Shown: positions 1 through 10,075 of the stretch, piece after piece
Layout: every line of letters begins with the position of its first letter
Position numbering within the stretch: position 1 is the stretch's first letter
Assembly: GCA_036337435.1 (NCBI GenBank)
Contig: JAYZEG010000062.1
Span: 1 to 64,000 of the forward strand
DNA from: Myxococcota bacterium
Lineage (GTDB): Bacteria > Myxococcota_A > Bradymonadia > UBA7976 > UBA1532
Direction of reading: 5' to 3'
DNA length: 64,000 nt
Translations under genes and position numbers: made by a program
The notes under the pieces: generated by a model
Databases searched by the model: none
Seen by the model: the letters and a program-made list of their open reading frames with translations, nothing else
Told to the model about the DNA's origin: nothing

Positions 1-1
1 T

Positions 2-2944
2 GAGGCAAACACGGCTGATGGGTCTGGTGAAGCGGTTGATGACTTTGACTTTAGCTTTGGGATTAAACAGCCGATTACAGAAAATCCAAAAGCGTCAGGC
101 CCGCTTAAGGATCTCTTTGACGACTTAGATGACCTACCTGCGCCCAAGTCAACGTCAGATTTTGATATTGAAGATCTACCAACCCCGATCGCCTCGACTA
201 ACCCCTTCGATGATTTGGAGGATTTACCCAGTCCCAAAATGCCGGGTGAACCCAGTCGTGTTGTGTCGCCCCAACCGGATCAAGACTCAGACGGTCTATT
301 TGCACCTGATGTAGACGGGTCTGATGCGGTGCCATCTGCATCTGAAGAGCCAGCCGTGGTGTCCCTTGAGTCTCCGCCCTCTCCGCAGACCGGGACCGCA
401 ACTGCGAAAGACTCGACCGGCGGCAGCAGGACCGTTCTTTGGAGCATCATGGGTCTGTTGGTTCTCGGCGGTGGGGGCGTAGCCGGCATGATGATGCTGG
501 AAATCGGTCCGTTCGCGGCACCAGTGAGTCAAACAGCGAAACGCACCAAAGCACCGAAGAAAATTAAGCCAGCGGTCACAGCCAAACCAAAAGAGGCGGC
601 AAAAGCAGCGAGCAAACCCCCCGTTGTTGCTGCCAAGAAAACGCCCCAACCTGTTGCTGCTCCAGCGAATCTGAAGACGTCTGCAGCTGGGGCCACAATG
701 GCTGAGATTGCAGGCTATCGCGATGGGATTGCAGCACTTGAATCGAAGAAGGATAAACTTGAACCAAAGATGAGTGCTCAGTTGCTGAATTTGTATGCAC
801 TCGGAAGTCTCGATTACCCAGAAAACACACAGTGGCAACGAGCTGGCTCGAAGTTGTTAAAGGGTTTGGACCCGACGATCAAAACTCAATTCCCGTCGGC
901 GGTTCTGGCCGCACGACTCGCTGACGGAGACGAAAACGTAGCAGCTGAGATCGAAACGGCCGCTCGAAAGGCACCAAAGAATGCCGCACTTCAATCACTA
1001 CTCGGACATGCCCGATTAAAATCGAACAAGCTGGAAGGTGCGTTTAACGCATTCAAACGTGCGTATGGCTTGGATAAATCTCAACTGTCAGCACAGCGTC
1101 ATACCGGTGAGTTAGCTCTGCGGCTTGGGCGAGTCCAGGAAGCCTTGGCGACGATGCAAGCACTCTATGAGGTTGCGCCTGGGACGCCGCGGGTGAATAT
1201 CATACTTGCTGAGATCGAAAATCATCGAGGGAATATCAGTAAAGCGATTGCCTTGGTGACACAGACTCTGACCTTGAAACCACCAGGACGTGTCCGGCCT
1301 CAAGATCGCTCAGATGCCTTTGTTCTTCGAGCCCGAATCTCAATGAAGCAGGGCAAAACTGAGTCTGCAATCGGTGATTTGAAATCAGCAGTTCGTGTTT
1401 GGCCTGGAAACTCTGAAGCACTCGGCTTACTGAGCGATGAGCAGATCAAAACGGGTCGTTTCGACGAAGCGATCAACCAATTGAGAGCCCTTGAACGAGC
1501 GGGTGCTAAAAGTGCTGAAACGTCTATAAAAATCGCCCAATGTTACACTCAAATGAGCCGGCACGACCGAGCTTTCGAAGTGCTTAAGGCTGCCAGTAAG
1601 GCATATCCAGCAGATGCCAATGTGATGATCGAGTTAGGGTCTGTCCACGAAGCAAAACAAGAGTTTGCAGAGGCGAAAAAGAAGTATGAGGCTGCGATTA
1701 AGCAAGACCCTGACTCTGGCGTAGCACGGTTGCGTGTTGCAACTCTTATGGTCAAACAGGCAAAGATCGATCCTGCCATTGAATATCTCACCAAAGCAGC
1801 CTCTGAGTATCCGCGGGATCCACTTATGCAAGTGGGTCTGGGCGACTTACGAATCCAAATGGCCGGCACCGTCAGTAACGGTAACGCAAAGCTATTCAAT
1901 CAAGCGGAAGCCCATTATCGCGCAGCACTGGCACTCGACCCGGGTTCTCTACAGGCACGTAGGGGGTTGCTGACAACTTTGATCGAAAACGGCAAGGCCC
2001 GTGAAGCCATGGCTGAGATTAAGCGTCTGCAGCAGCGAACCGACTTTTATGGCGTGCTCGATTATGAATTGGCCCGAACCAATCAATTACTTGGTCAATT
2101 CAAGACGGCCCTGACTCATTTTCAGACGGCTTTGAAAAGAGAGCCAGATAACGTCCAATATCTGAAAAATGCGGGCTTGACTCACTATGCTGCCAAAGAT
2201 TTGTCTGCCGCAGAGAAGACTTTTGGACGAGTCGTCCATCTCGACATCAAAAACACGACCGGATTTTATTACCTTGGGTTAATCGCCTTTCAGACGAAGC
2301 GACCTGATCAAGCGATTCAGATGTTTCAAAAAGTATTGGAGCGCGACAAACAGCACCATTTTGCCCGATATTGGAAGGGCAGAGCCCTACAAGAATTAGA
2401 TGGTGGACGCTCTGATAAAACGGCAAGAGCCGAATATGACATGGTGGCGAAAGCGGTCAAGAAGCAGCCAAAATTAAAAAGGCAACTCTGCGATGTTTTC
2501 TGGAGGCGTGGCGCCTTGATGGCGAGCAACTTCAAAGAGTGGAATGCAGCCGAAAAAGAGCTGACAGAATTTCTCAAGTGCGACCCAAAGAAAGCTCAAG
2601 CCTGGTATGTCAGGGGGCGATTGAGAGCCGACCTTGGTAAACTCAATGAAGCCATAAGCGATTTTGATAAAGCTGGCCGACTCGATGGCAACATGGGTAA
2701 AGCCTTTGCTCAGAGTGCCTATGTTCGAATGCGTAAACCGAAATTTGACGAACGAAAGGTACAAGGGTTGCTCAAAAAAGCGATTCGCTCAGATAAGTCA
2801 TTGGCGAGACCCAATTACATTCTCTGCAATATGGTCAAAGAAAAGAATAAGGCCCAGGCAAAACGCTACTGCAAGACCTATCTGAAGCTTGCACCCAAGG
2901 GTGATAATGCCTCCGAAGCACAACTTCTCTTGCGCAGCTTGTAA
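2..2944 (+). CDS. Membrane-anchored multi-TPR protein, 5'-truncated (acidic DLPxPK-repeat linker, one TM helix, long TPR array)
   Basis: The frame is open from base 2. It has DDLPAPK/EDLPTP/EDLPSPK repeats, a TM segment LWSIMGLLVLGGGGVAGMMML, then many TPR-like units. Confidence 0.8.
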   Translation, partial: EANTADGSGEAVDDFDFSFGIKQPITENPKASGPLKDLFDDLDDLPAPKSTSDFDIEDLPTPIASTNPFDDLEDLPSPKMPGEPSRVVSPQPDQDSDGLFAPDVDGSDAVPSASEEPAVVSLESPPSPQTGTATAKDSTGGSRTVLWSIMGLLVLGGGGVAGMMMLEIGPFAAPVSQTAKRTKAPKKIKPAVTAKPKEAAKAASKPPVVAAKKTPQPVAAPANLKTSAAGATMAEIAGYRDGIAALESKKDKLEPKMSAQLLNLYALGSLDYPENTQWQRAGSKLLKGLDPTIKTQFPSAVLAARLADGDENVAAEIETAARKAPKNAALQSLLGHARLKSNKLEGAFNAFKRAYGLDKSQLSAQRHTGELALRLGRVQEALATMQALYEVAPGTPRVNIILAEIENHRGNISKAIALVTQTLTLKPPGRVRPQDRSDAFVLRARISMKQGKTESAIGDLKSAVRVWPGNSEALGLLSDEQIKTGRFDEAINQLRALERAGAKSAETSIKIAQCYTQMSRHDRAFEVLKAASKAYPADANVMIELGSVHEAKQEFAEAKKKYEAAIKQDPDSGVARLRVATLMVKQAKIDPAIEYLTKAASEYPRDPLMQVGLGDLRIQMAGTVSNGNAKLFNQAEAHYRAALALDPGSLQARRGLLTTLIENGKAREAMAEIKRLQQRTDFYGVLDYELARTNQLLGQFKTALTHFQTALKREPDNVQYLKNAGLTHYAAKDLSAAEKTFGRVVHLDIKNTTGFYYLGLIAFQTKRPDQAIQMFQKVLERDKQHHFARYWKGRALQELDGGRSDKTARAEYDMVAKAVKKQPKLKRQLCDVFWRRGALMASNFKEWNAAEKELTEFLKCDPKKAQAWYVRGRLRADLGKLNEAISDFDKAGRLDGNMGKAFAQSAYVRMRKPKFDERKVQGLLKKAIRSDKSLARPNYILCNMVKEKNKAQAKRYCKTYLKLAPKGDNASEAQLLLRSL

Positions 2945-2988
2945 ACTCATCGTAGAGACGGAGCATACGCATTGGTCAAGAGGCGATT

Positions 2989-4260
2989 ATGCTCGATATC
3001 AAACAGATCAGGAAAAACCCCTCTCTATTCGCAGAACGGTTGGCACTTCGTGGCAATGAAGATGCCCTCGCTAGCCTCATTGAATTGGACGCGACACGCC
3101 GACAATTAATCGCTGAGTCAGACGAACTTAGGCATTCTAAGTCTGAAACTGAACGCGGCATGCGAACGGCCGATAAGAGCAGCACTGAATTTGCCCAGTT
3201 TAGAGACAGTATGCGAGCTGTCGCTCAGCGCATCAAAGAGGTGTCTGAGCAGCTCAAGACGGTTGAATCAGAGCTGGGCGACATGTTGTTACAAATCCCC
3301 AATATTCCTCATGAGTCGGTCCCTCCTGGCGCTAACGAAAGTGCGAATGTTGTGGTTCATCTCAGGGGAGAAAAGCCTGAATTCAACTTTGAACCAAAAC
3401 CTCACTGGGACGTCGCGGGTGACCTTGGCTTACTGGATTTCGAAGCTGCATCCAAAATGAGCGGTGCTCGATTTGCTGTCTATAGAGGGGCTTTAGCTAG
3501 ACTCGAGCGAGCCCTCATCTCCTTCATGTTGGATACCCACACCGATCGGTACGGCTATACGGAGATCTTGCCGCCGTACCTTGTTCATCCAAGATGTATG
3601 ATTGGAACCGGTCAGTTTCCTAAATTTGCAGAGGATGCTTACGTTCTTGAAAAAGATGACCTTGTCCTGATTCCAACAGGTGAGGTGCCGCTGACGAATC
3701 TTCACCGAGATGAAATATTGGAGGCATCATCTCTGCCGGTCAAATACACAGCTTTTACGCCTTGTTTTCGCAGAGAGGCGGGTGCCTATGGTCGAGATAC
3801 ACGTGGCTTAATTCGACAGCATCAATTTCAAAAGGTCGAGTTGGTTCAATTTGTAGAGCCCGAATTGAGCGATGAAGCACTTGAATCTCTCACAGGTCAT
3901 GCCGAATCAATTCTCGATGAGCTCGGCCTTCATTACCGCCGGGTCAGCCTTTGTGCCGGAGATCTCGGTTTTACTGCGCAGCAAACCAATGACCTGGAAG
4001 TTTGGTTGCCGAGTCAAAAAACATATCGTGAAATCAGTTCTTGCTCGAATTTTGGTGATTTTCAGGCAAGGAGAGCCGCCATTCGTTATCGAGCTGTAGA
4101 TGCGAAAAAACCGCAGCTTGTTCACACGCTCAATGGCTCTGGTTTGGCGGTTGGCCGAACAGTTGTCGCCATACTCGAGAATTATCAGCAGGCTGATGGG
4201 ACAGTCCTGGTGCCAGATGTGCTGAAGCCTTACATGGGCGGTTTGGCACAACTTGGTTAA
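2989..4260 (+). CDS. serS: Seryl-tRNA synthetase
   Basis: MLDIKQIR start and motifs [30 protein letters not shown] and [19 protein letters not shown]. Confidence 0.98.
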   Translation: MLDIKQIRKNPSLFAERLALRGNEDALASLIELDATRRQLIAESDELRHSKSETERGMRTADKSSTEFAQFRDSMRAVAQRIKEVSEQLKTVESELGDMLLQIPNIPHESVPPGANESANVVVHLRGEKPEFNFEPKPHWDVAGDLGLLDFEAASKMSGARFAVYRGALARLERALISFMLDTHTDRYGYTEILPPYLVHPRCMIGTGQFPKFAEDAYVLEKDDLVLIPTGEVPLTNLHRDEILEASSLPVKYTAFTPCFRREAGAYGRDTRGLIRQHQFQKVELVQFVEPELSDEALESLTGHAESILDELGLHYRRVSLCAGDLGFTAQQTNDLEVWLPSQKTYREISSCSNFGDFQARRAAIRYRAVDAKKPQLVHTLNGSGLAVGRTVVAILENYQQADGTVLVPDVLKPYMGGLAQLG

Positions 4261-4404
4261 TTTTTTGGTCCCATAACGGGAGCCCATGATCGGCTCGGTT
4301 CGGTGAATATGAATCGAAGGTCTCATGGGTTGCAGACCAGGGGCCGAATGGCGGGGATGTGCATGAGTAAGAGCGTTTCGGATCTGGACTCGCGCACTTT
4401 GTTC

Positions 4405-4433
4405 TTGACGGTTCTAAGACCCCTCATTATAAA
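4405..4433 (+). promoter_or_regulatory. sigma70-type promoter for the tRNA-Ser cluster
   Basis: TTGACG-N17-TATAAA, 30 nt upstream of tRNA-Ser(TGA). Confidence 0.65.
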
Positions 4434-4462
4434 AGCCATTCGCGAGCATGTTGGCATTCTAA

Positions 4463-4552
4463 GGAGGAGTGGTCGAGTGGCTTAAGGCGGCGGTCTTGAA
4501 AACCGTTGAGGGGTAATTCCTTCCGTGGGTTCGAATCCTACCTCCTCCGCCA
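4463..4552 (+). tRNA. tRNA-Ser(TGA)
   Basis: GGAGGAG/CTCCTCC acceptor stem, TGA anticodon, long variable arm, GTTCGAATCC, encoded CCA. Confidence 0.97.
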
Positions 4553-4632
4553 CATTCTCGCTTTCGTTCGTTGAAATTATCAAGCTCACTTGGTCTTTCA
4601 GCACACGTGTGTGAACCGAGTTGGGGATTTAA

Positions 4633-4723
4633 GGAGAGGTGGCCGAGCGGCTGAAGGCGCTCCCCTGCTAAGGGAGTATGGGTCAAAAGCTCATCGAGGG
4701 TTCGAATCCCTCTCTCTCCGCCA
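4633..4723 (+). tRNA. tRNA-Ser(GCT)
   Basis: Anticodon arm CTCCC-CTGCTAA-GGGAG, long variable arm, encoded CCA. Confidence 0.97.
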
Positions 4724-4729
4724 GTTTTT

Positions 4730-4803
4730 GCACTCGTAGCTCAGCTGGATAGAGCATCGGTCTACGGAACCGAGGGTCGCAGGTTCGAATCCTGCCGAGT
4801 GCG
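4730..4803 (+). tRNA. tRNA-Arg(ACG)
   Basis: Anticodon arm TCGGT-CTACGGA-ACCGA and acceptor GCACTCG/CGAGTGC; no encoded CCA. Confidence 0.97.
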
Positions 4804-4804
4804 C

Positions 4805-4847
4805 TAAACCCGGCACGGGACAATCCGTCGCCGGGTTTACTTTTTTT
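4805..4847 (+). terminator. Rho-independent terminator after tRNA-Arg(ACG)
   Basis: TAAACCCGGC...GCCGGGTTTA stem followed by T7. Confidence 0.8.
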
Positions 4848-5343
4848 GGAGTGGATGTGCTTCAGGAAAAAATAGACATTCAATGGATGAGGGAATGTCT
4901 CAACCTCGCTCGAGACGCAGCCGTGCGTGGCGAAGTCCCTGTGGGCGCAATCGTGGTACACGATGGTGTGATTATTGGGCGTGGATATAATCTTCGAGAG
5001 GCAACTGCTGACCCAACTGCACATGCTGAAGTGATTGCGCTTCGAGAAGCCAGCCAACACCTTGGGTTTTGGCGCATCTTGGATGCAACCCTATATGTGA
5101 CCCTGGAACCCTGTGCAATGTGTGCAGGTGCTTTGGTGAATGCTCGAGTATCTAGGCTGGTTTATGGGTGTAAAGACCCAAAAAGCGGGGCAATCGATTC
5201 GGTGTTTAAGATCGTAACTGACACCCGCCTGAACCATCGTTTAACGGTGACATCTGGTGTGTTAGAGCGGGAATGTGCTGAGATACTCAGTGAGTTTTTT
5301 CGTGAAAAGCGCCGCCAGAAGGCGGAGTTAAAAGCGAAAACAA

Positions 5344-5432
<89 letters not shown>

Positions 5433-5467
5433 TGATTTTAGAGTATCCTGATCAGGATACGAGCTTT

Positions 5468-5555
5468 GGAGAGGTGGCCGAGCGGCTTAAGGCGCACGCT
5501 TGGAAAGCGTGTGTGCCCCAAAAGGGTACCGAGGGTTCGAATCCCTCTCTCTCCG
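5468..5555 (+). tRNA. tRNA-Ser(GGA)
   Basis: Anticodon arm CACGC-TTGGAAA-GCGTG, long variable arm; no CCA. Confidence 0.96.
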
Positions 5556-5583
5556 CTCTGAGTCGTGTTATGACGGCTCTTAT

Positions 5584-5678
5584 GATGACCGGACCTGGTG
5601 ACCGGAGTCCATGAACTCCGCCAGGGCCGGAAGGCAGCAACGGTAGTGGTCCCTTCGGGGTATCGGGTCTCGGTCATC
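5584..5678 (+). ncRNA. ffs: Signal recognition particle RNA (small bacterial 4.5S)
   Basis: Long hairpin GATGACC...GGTCATC containing the helix-8 motif CAGGGCCGGAAGGCAGCA; canonical position upstream of dnaX. Confidence 0.93.
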
Positions 5679-5718
5679 GACTTTTTCATCTGGACAGCCA
5701 CAGTTTTGGGGAATCATT

Positions 5719-7998
5719 GTGTCGTACCTCGTACTGGCTAGAAAATGGCGTCCAACGCATTTTGACGAGGTCGTTGGACAATCCCATGTTACGCAGACTC
5801 TCAAGAATGCGATCGAACTCGGTCGAGTTGCTCATGCATTGTTGTTCACCGGCAGCCGTGGGATTGGAAAAACCTCCTGTGCCCGAATTCTCGCGAAGGC
5901 GTTGAATTGTCAAACGGGTCCGACTGCCTCCCCATGCGGGGTCTGCTCATCGTGCGAACAGATTAGTTTGGGCACCTCCGTTGACGTTTTCGAAATTGAC
6001 GGTGCCAGCAACAACAGCGTCGAGCAAATTCGAGAAATCCGAGAATCAGTAAAGTTCTTGCCCGCGGGTGGTCGGCGTAAAATTTATATAATCGACGAAG
6101 TCCACATGCTATCGACCAGCGCGTTCAATGCATTGCTCAAGACATTGGAAGAACCGCCAGAACACGTCCTCTTTATTTTTGCGACAACGGAACCACATAA
6201 AATACCAGACACGATCATCTCCCGTTGCCAGCGATACGATTTTAAGCGTATTCCCGAGCGGATTATCGTCGATGCCTTGGTCAAGATTGCGGAGAAAGAG
6301 GGTTTGGTGGTCGATGAGTCGGCTCTTTTCCACGTTGCCCGAGAAGCAAATGGTGGCATGCGCGATTCTCTGTCGTTGCTCGACCAAGTGATCGCATACT
6401 GCGGTTTGACCATTTCTGAGGCTCAGACCAGAGACATTCTTGGAATCGCTGACAGGCGGGTGTTTAGTGCGCTTGTTGACGCAATCATCGCGTCCGATAG
6501 CCAACAGGTGTTGGGTCTCATTGACGAACAATATCGTCGAGGGCTTGATTTACAGAAGTTTTCTGCCGAATTTGTGCGTCATGTCCGTGATTTGATGGTC
6601 TTGCGGGTCGTCGATGACGCTCACCAACTCGTTGATTTACCGCCCGATCAATTGGATGAAATGAGACGGAAAGTATCCGATGTTGAACCGGCTCGTCTTC
6701 ACAGAATGCTGTCCACTTTACTGACGGGGGCTGAGGAAGTGAGTCGTTCCTCTTTTCCCAAGCTTGCCTTTGAAATGGTCCTCCTGCGTATGTGTCAGCA
6801 GGGCTCGACACTACCCTTGGCAGAGGTCCTATCTGGTTTAGAAAGGTTAGAAGCAAGCTTAGCGCAATCTCCTGCGGGTCAACTCGTTGAGACGGAAGTC
6901 GTCCACACGCCTGTGCAGTTGGTTCCAGAGATCGAAACACCAAAAGAACATTCGCCAAAAAAAAACAATGATGCTGTTCAAATTGAGCCTGAGACCCGTC
7001 CGCCATGGGAAGCGCAATCGGTTCAGAATGACGAGTCGATGAACTCGCCAATACCGGCACATCTAGACGAGTCTGCAAAGATGGGAACACAGGCTGAATC
7101 AGGGGATCAACTGGCCGAAAAATCAAGTGATGTCGGTGGCGATTTTCATCAGGTCGAGCCGTCAGCTAACGCACAAGGGTCGGATGAGTCATCGTCTACC
7201 AATGAGGCCTTCAATTCAGAACAAATTGAGTCTAATACAGGCGGCGACGAGGCGTCGGGCTCGGGTCTCAAATCCCGCCCGGATGGCGATGGCACTTACG
7301 ATGATCTCAGCGGTGGGCCACCGAAACCGAGACCTGTCGATTCGTTGCGACCGCTGGCAGTGAAACCCCGCACACCTTTGGCGATTTCTGAAGATGAGGT
7401 CAGGCCTTTTTTAGTCCAGGCGGCTGAACCGCCGAGCCAACAGGCTGAGACATCAAACCATCAGAAAGAGACTGAGGTTGAAAGCCGAGATCGAGGGCAT
7501 GGAGGGCCGGCATCCACGCCAGCTGACTCTGCTGGAGGCATGCTTGCAGATAACATCCCTTTATCGACGTCTCCAATGGATGCCTTCACGAATTTATTGA
7601 AACGGGTCCAGAACCAGGATGCGTTCCTTGGATCAGAACTGACCCAATGTTTACATTTGCTTGAGATCAGCACGTCACGGCTGTCCGTCGCAACACTCGA
7701 AGCCCACTGGAATACCATTGGCTCGAGTGCCGAGGCCCTGCTCAACCAAGTCGCTAAGGCGACCTTTGGAGATGATTTCAAGGTTGAGATTAATGTATGC
7801 ACGTCGAAAGATGAGAGTACGCAGAGTGAGACAGTCTTCGAACGCCAACAAAGGTTAAAGCGCGAACACGATGCGATGAGGATTGAACAAGCCAAACGTG
7901 ACCCCAATATCGTTCTCGCTCAACGTGTCCTCGAGGCAGATATTGTCGACGTCAAATTGGCATCTATGCCGCAACAGAATGAATCGAGAGGAGAATAG
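5719..7998 (+). CDS. dnaX: DNA polymerase III subunits gamma/tau
   Basis: MSYLVLARKWRP, GSRGIGKT, zinc module, IIDEVHML, SRCQ; long acidic/Pro linker; A9 run at 6957-6965. Confidence 0.97.
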   Translation: MSYLVLARKWRPTHFDEVVGQSHVTQTLKNAIELGRVAHALLFTGSRGIGKTSCARILAKALNCQTGPTASPCGVCSSCEQISLGTSVDVFEIDGASNNSVEQIREIRESVKFLPAGGRRKIYIIDEVHMLSTSAFNALLKTLEEPPEHVLFIFATTEPHKIPDTIISRCQRYDFKRIPERIIVDALVKIAEKEGLVVDESALFHVAREANGGMRDSLSLLDQVIAYCGLTISEAQTRDILGIADRRVFSALVDAIIASDSQQVLGLIDEQYRRGLDLQKFSAEFVRHVRDLMVLRVVDDAHQLVDLPPDQLDEMRRKVSDVEPARLHRMLSTLLTGAEEVSRSSFPKLAFEMVLLRMCQQGSTLPLAEVLSGLERLEASLAQSPAGQLVETEVVHTPVQLVPEIETPKEHSPKKNNDAVQIEPETRPPWEAQSVQNDESMNSPIPAHLDESAKMGTQAESGDQLAEKSSDVGGDFHQVEPSANAQGSDESSSTNEAFNSEQIESNTGGDEASGSGLKSRPDGDGTYDDLSGGPPKPRPVDSLRPLAVKPRTPLAISEDEVRPFLVQAAEPPSQQAETSNHQKETEVESRDRGHGGPASTPADSAGGMLADNIPLSTSPMDAFTNLLKRVQNQDAFLGSELTQCLHLLEISTSRLSVATLEAHWNTIGSSAEALLNQVAKATFGDDFKVEINVCTSKDESTQSETVFERQQRLKREHDAMRIEQAKRDPNIVLAQRVLEADIVDVKLASMPQQNESRGE

Positions 7999-7999
7999 A

Positions 8000-8323
8000 A
8001 TGGCGAAGCGACCCGGCGGAAACGCCAATATCATGATGCAGGCGCAGCGAATGCAGACCCAGATTAAAAGACTCCAGGAGTCCCTCGAAGAAGAGATTTA
8101 TGAGGGCGCAGCGGGTGGTGGTTTGGTTCGGGTCAAAGTGGACGGTCGCCAAAATATTAAATCCATCGAAATTACCCCAGATGCCATCAATCCTGATGAC
8201 CTAGACGAACTCGCTGATCTTCTGGTCGCGGCCACCAATATGGCTTTGACAGACAGCAAGGAGACCAGTCAATCAGAGATGCGGAAGATAACAGGCGGTC
8301 TATCCTTGCCCGGTCTGTTCTAG
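8000..8323 (+). CDS. ybaB: YbaB/EbfC nucleoid-associated protein
   Basis: MMQAQRMQ...GAAGGGLVRVKVDG...LADLLVAATN...TGGLSLPGLF; GAGGAG RBS; lies between dnaX and recR. Confidence 0.95.
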   Translation: MAKRPGGNANIMMQAQRMQTQIKRLQESLEEEIYEGAAGGGLVRVKVDGRQNIKSIEITPDAINPDDLDELADLLVAATNMALTDSKETSQSEMRKITGGLSLPGLF

Positions 8324-8325
8324 TT

Positions 8326-8919
8326 ATGAAAAACGCTCCTGATCCGATTAGACGACTCGTTCATGCATTGACGAGATTGCCCGGAATTGGTGAGAAATCG
8401 GCGCAGCGATTGTCGTTCTTCATCGTCAACGCGGATGATTATGTTGCGACCGATTTGGCGGATGCCCTGGTCGATGTGCGACACAATGTTGGTTTATGTC
8501 AAATTTGTGGGAACTTGACTCAGACCCCCACCTGTCTGATTTGCGAAGACACTCGACGAGATAAGCAAATTATATGCATCGTTGAGTCTGTTCCAACTCT
8601 TTATGCCGTAGAATCAACAGGTGAATTCAAAGGCCTATACCATGTTTTGCATGGTGTCCTGTCACCGCTCGACGGCATTGGTCCGGAGCAATTGAACCTC
8701 AAGACCTTGATGAGCCGTTTGGCCGAGGTAGATGAAATTATCGTCGCCACCAATCCCAGCGTCGAGGGAGAGGCGACGGCTCTCTACATTCAAAGGTTAT
8801 GCAGCCCACTTGGCATTAAAGTCAGTCGAATCGCGAGTGGTGTCCCTATGGGATCGGATCTTGAGTATGCAGATCAAGTCACTCTTGCGAGGGCATTTGA
8901 GGGACGCCGCGAAATCTAG
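8326..8919 (+). CDS. recR: Recombination mediator RecR
   Basis: LPGIGEKSAQRL HhH motif, C4 zinc finger, YHVLHGVLSPLDGIGP, VEGEATA. Confidence 0.97.
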   Translation: MKNAPDPIRRLVHALTRLPGIGEKSAQRLSFFIVNADDYVATDLADALVDVRHNVGLCQICGNLTQTPTCLICEDTRRDKQIICIVESVPTLYAVESTGEFKGLYHVLHGVLSPLDGIGPEQLNLKTLMSRLAEVDEIIVATNPSVEGEATALYIQRLCSPLGIKVSRIASGVPMGSDLEYADQVTLARAFEGRREI

Positions 8920-8938
8920 CTCAATCTGACAGCTCAGC

Positions 8939-8967
8939 TTGTTCGCCTTTTCCCCCAGTGCTAGGTT
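8939..8967 (+). promoter_or_regulatory. Putative sigma70 promoter for mglBA (extended -10)
   Basis: TTGTTC-N17-TAGGTT preceded by TGn. Confidence 0.45.
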
Positions 8968-8998
8968 TAACCCGTAGCGACGACTGAGTAAACTGAAC

Positions 8999-9472
8999 GT
9001 GAGTGTCCTAATCCTTTTAGAAGATGATGCGAGCCGCCTCGAGCAATTATGCACGGATTTGCTTGAGAAAACGTGTTCACAGGCGGTTCTCCTCATCGAT
9101 CGAGATGGACAGCTTGTGACCTGGTCGGGCAAATTGAAAGATTTTGACGTCGTTTCGCTTGCAAGTTTGACAGCAGGGAATATGGCGGCCACCGATGGCC
9201 TTGCTCATCTCTTGGGTGAGACCAGTTTTGGCTCTATTTTTCACCAAGGTGATCGAGAGAGCATCTTTATTGCTGATACCGGTCGAAGACTGTTCGTCGT
9301 CACCATATTCAATGAACGCTCATCGATCGCGTTGGTCAGGTTGCGACTCAACGACCTGTTGCCCCGTTTGCTGGAAATTATAGACGACATACTTCGTAAA
9401 TCAAGCGAGTCTGATCTATCTTCAGTGGGGATAACTGATCAGGAACTCACGGCTCTTTTGGGCGAGGATTAA
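8999..9472 (+). CDS. mglB: Roadblock/LC7 GAP MglB
   Basis: LIDRDGQL, SLASLTAGNMAA, LVRLRL and an acidic C-terminal helix match Myxococcus MglB; upstream of mglA. Confidence 0.92.
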   Translation: MSVLILLEDDASRLEQLCTDLLEKTCSQAVLLIDRDGQLVTWSGKLKDFDVVSLASLTAGNMAATDGLAHLLGETSFGSIFHQGDRESIFIADTGRRLFVVTIFNERSSIALVRLRLNDLLPRLLEIIDDILRKSSESDLSSVGITDQELTALLGED

Positions 9473-9484
9473 ACGGAAACGAGT

Positions 9485-10072
9485 ATGTCATTTATCAATT
9501 GGGCATCACGAGAGATCAATTGCAAGATCGTTTACTATGGGCCCGGATTAGGCGGCAAGACCACTAATTTACAGCACATCTATGACAATACAAATCCCGA
9601 TGCGAAGGGGCGCATGATCTCACTTGAAACCGAGACTGAGCGGACTCTTTTCTTTGATTTCTTACCCTTGTCTCTTGGTGAAATTAGGGGATTCAAAACG
9701 CGGTTTCATCTGTATACGGTGCCCGGCCAAGTTTTCTACGATGCCAGTCGAAAGCTGATCTTGAAGGGTGTCGATGGCATTGTGTTCGTCGCTGATTCTC
9801 AGGTTGAACGACTCGACGCTAATCTTGAGAGTTGGGAAAATCTCGAAGATAACCTGATTTCGCAGGGCTATGATTTCGAGACCATTCCAAAGGTGATCCA
9901 ATACAACAAAAGAGACGTGAATAACGCTGTCGAGTTGGCCTATTTACGTCGGACTTTAAATCCAAACCTACTGCCTGACTTTGAAGCGGTCGCGAAAAAC
10001 GGTGATGGCGTATTCCCTACCTTAAAGTCCGTCGCCAAACAGGTTCTGATTCATTTAAAGCGGACCCAATAG
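9485..10072 (+). CDS. mglA: Small Ras-like GTPase MglA (polarity/gliding)
   Basis: [53 protein letters not shown]. Confidence 0.96.
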   Translation: MSFINWASREINCKIVYYGPGLGGKTTNLQHIYDNTNPDAKGRMISLETETERTLFFDFLPLSLGEIRGFKTRFHLYTVPGQVFYDASRKLILKGVDGIVFVADSQVERLDANLESWENLEDNLISQGYDFETIPKVIQYNKRDVNNAVELAYLRRTLNPNLLPDFEAVAKNGDGVFPTLKSVAKQVLIHLKRTQ

Positions 10073-10075
10073 ACG

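Noticed and set aside
6972..7560. Long acidic insert in dnaX as an intein or mobile insertion
   Set aside because: It is a low-complexity S/E/P/G linker with no intein splice motifs or endonuclease signature; variable tau linkers are normal.
7883..7999. Extended N-termini in the ORF track (ybaB 7883, ftsK 17512, tig 26631, amidase 29748, EIID 37077, Cys-rich gene 61819)
   Set aside because: They overlap neighbouring genes, tRNAs or promoters, or lack an RBS. Downstream starts fit an RBS, a coupling overlap or the family N-terminus better.
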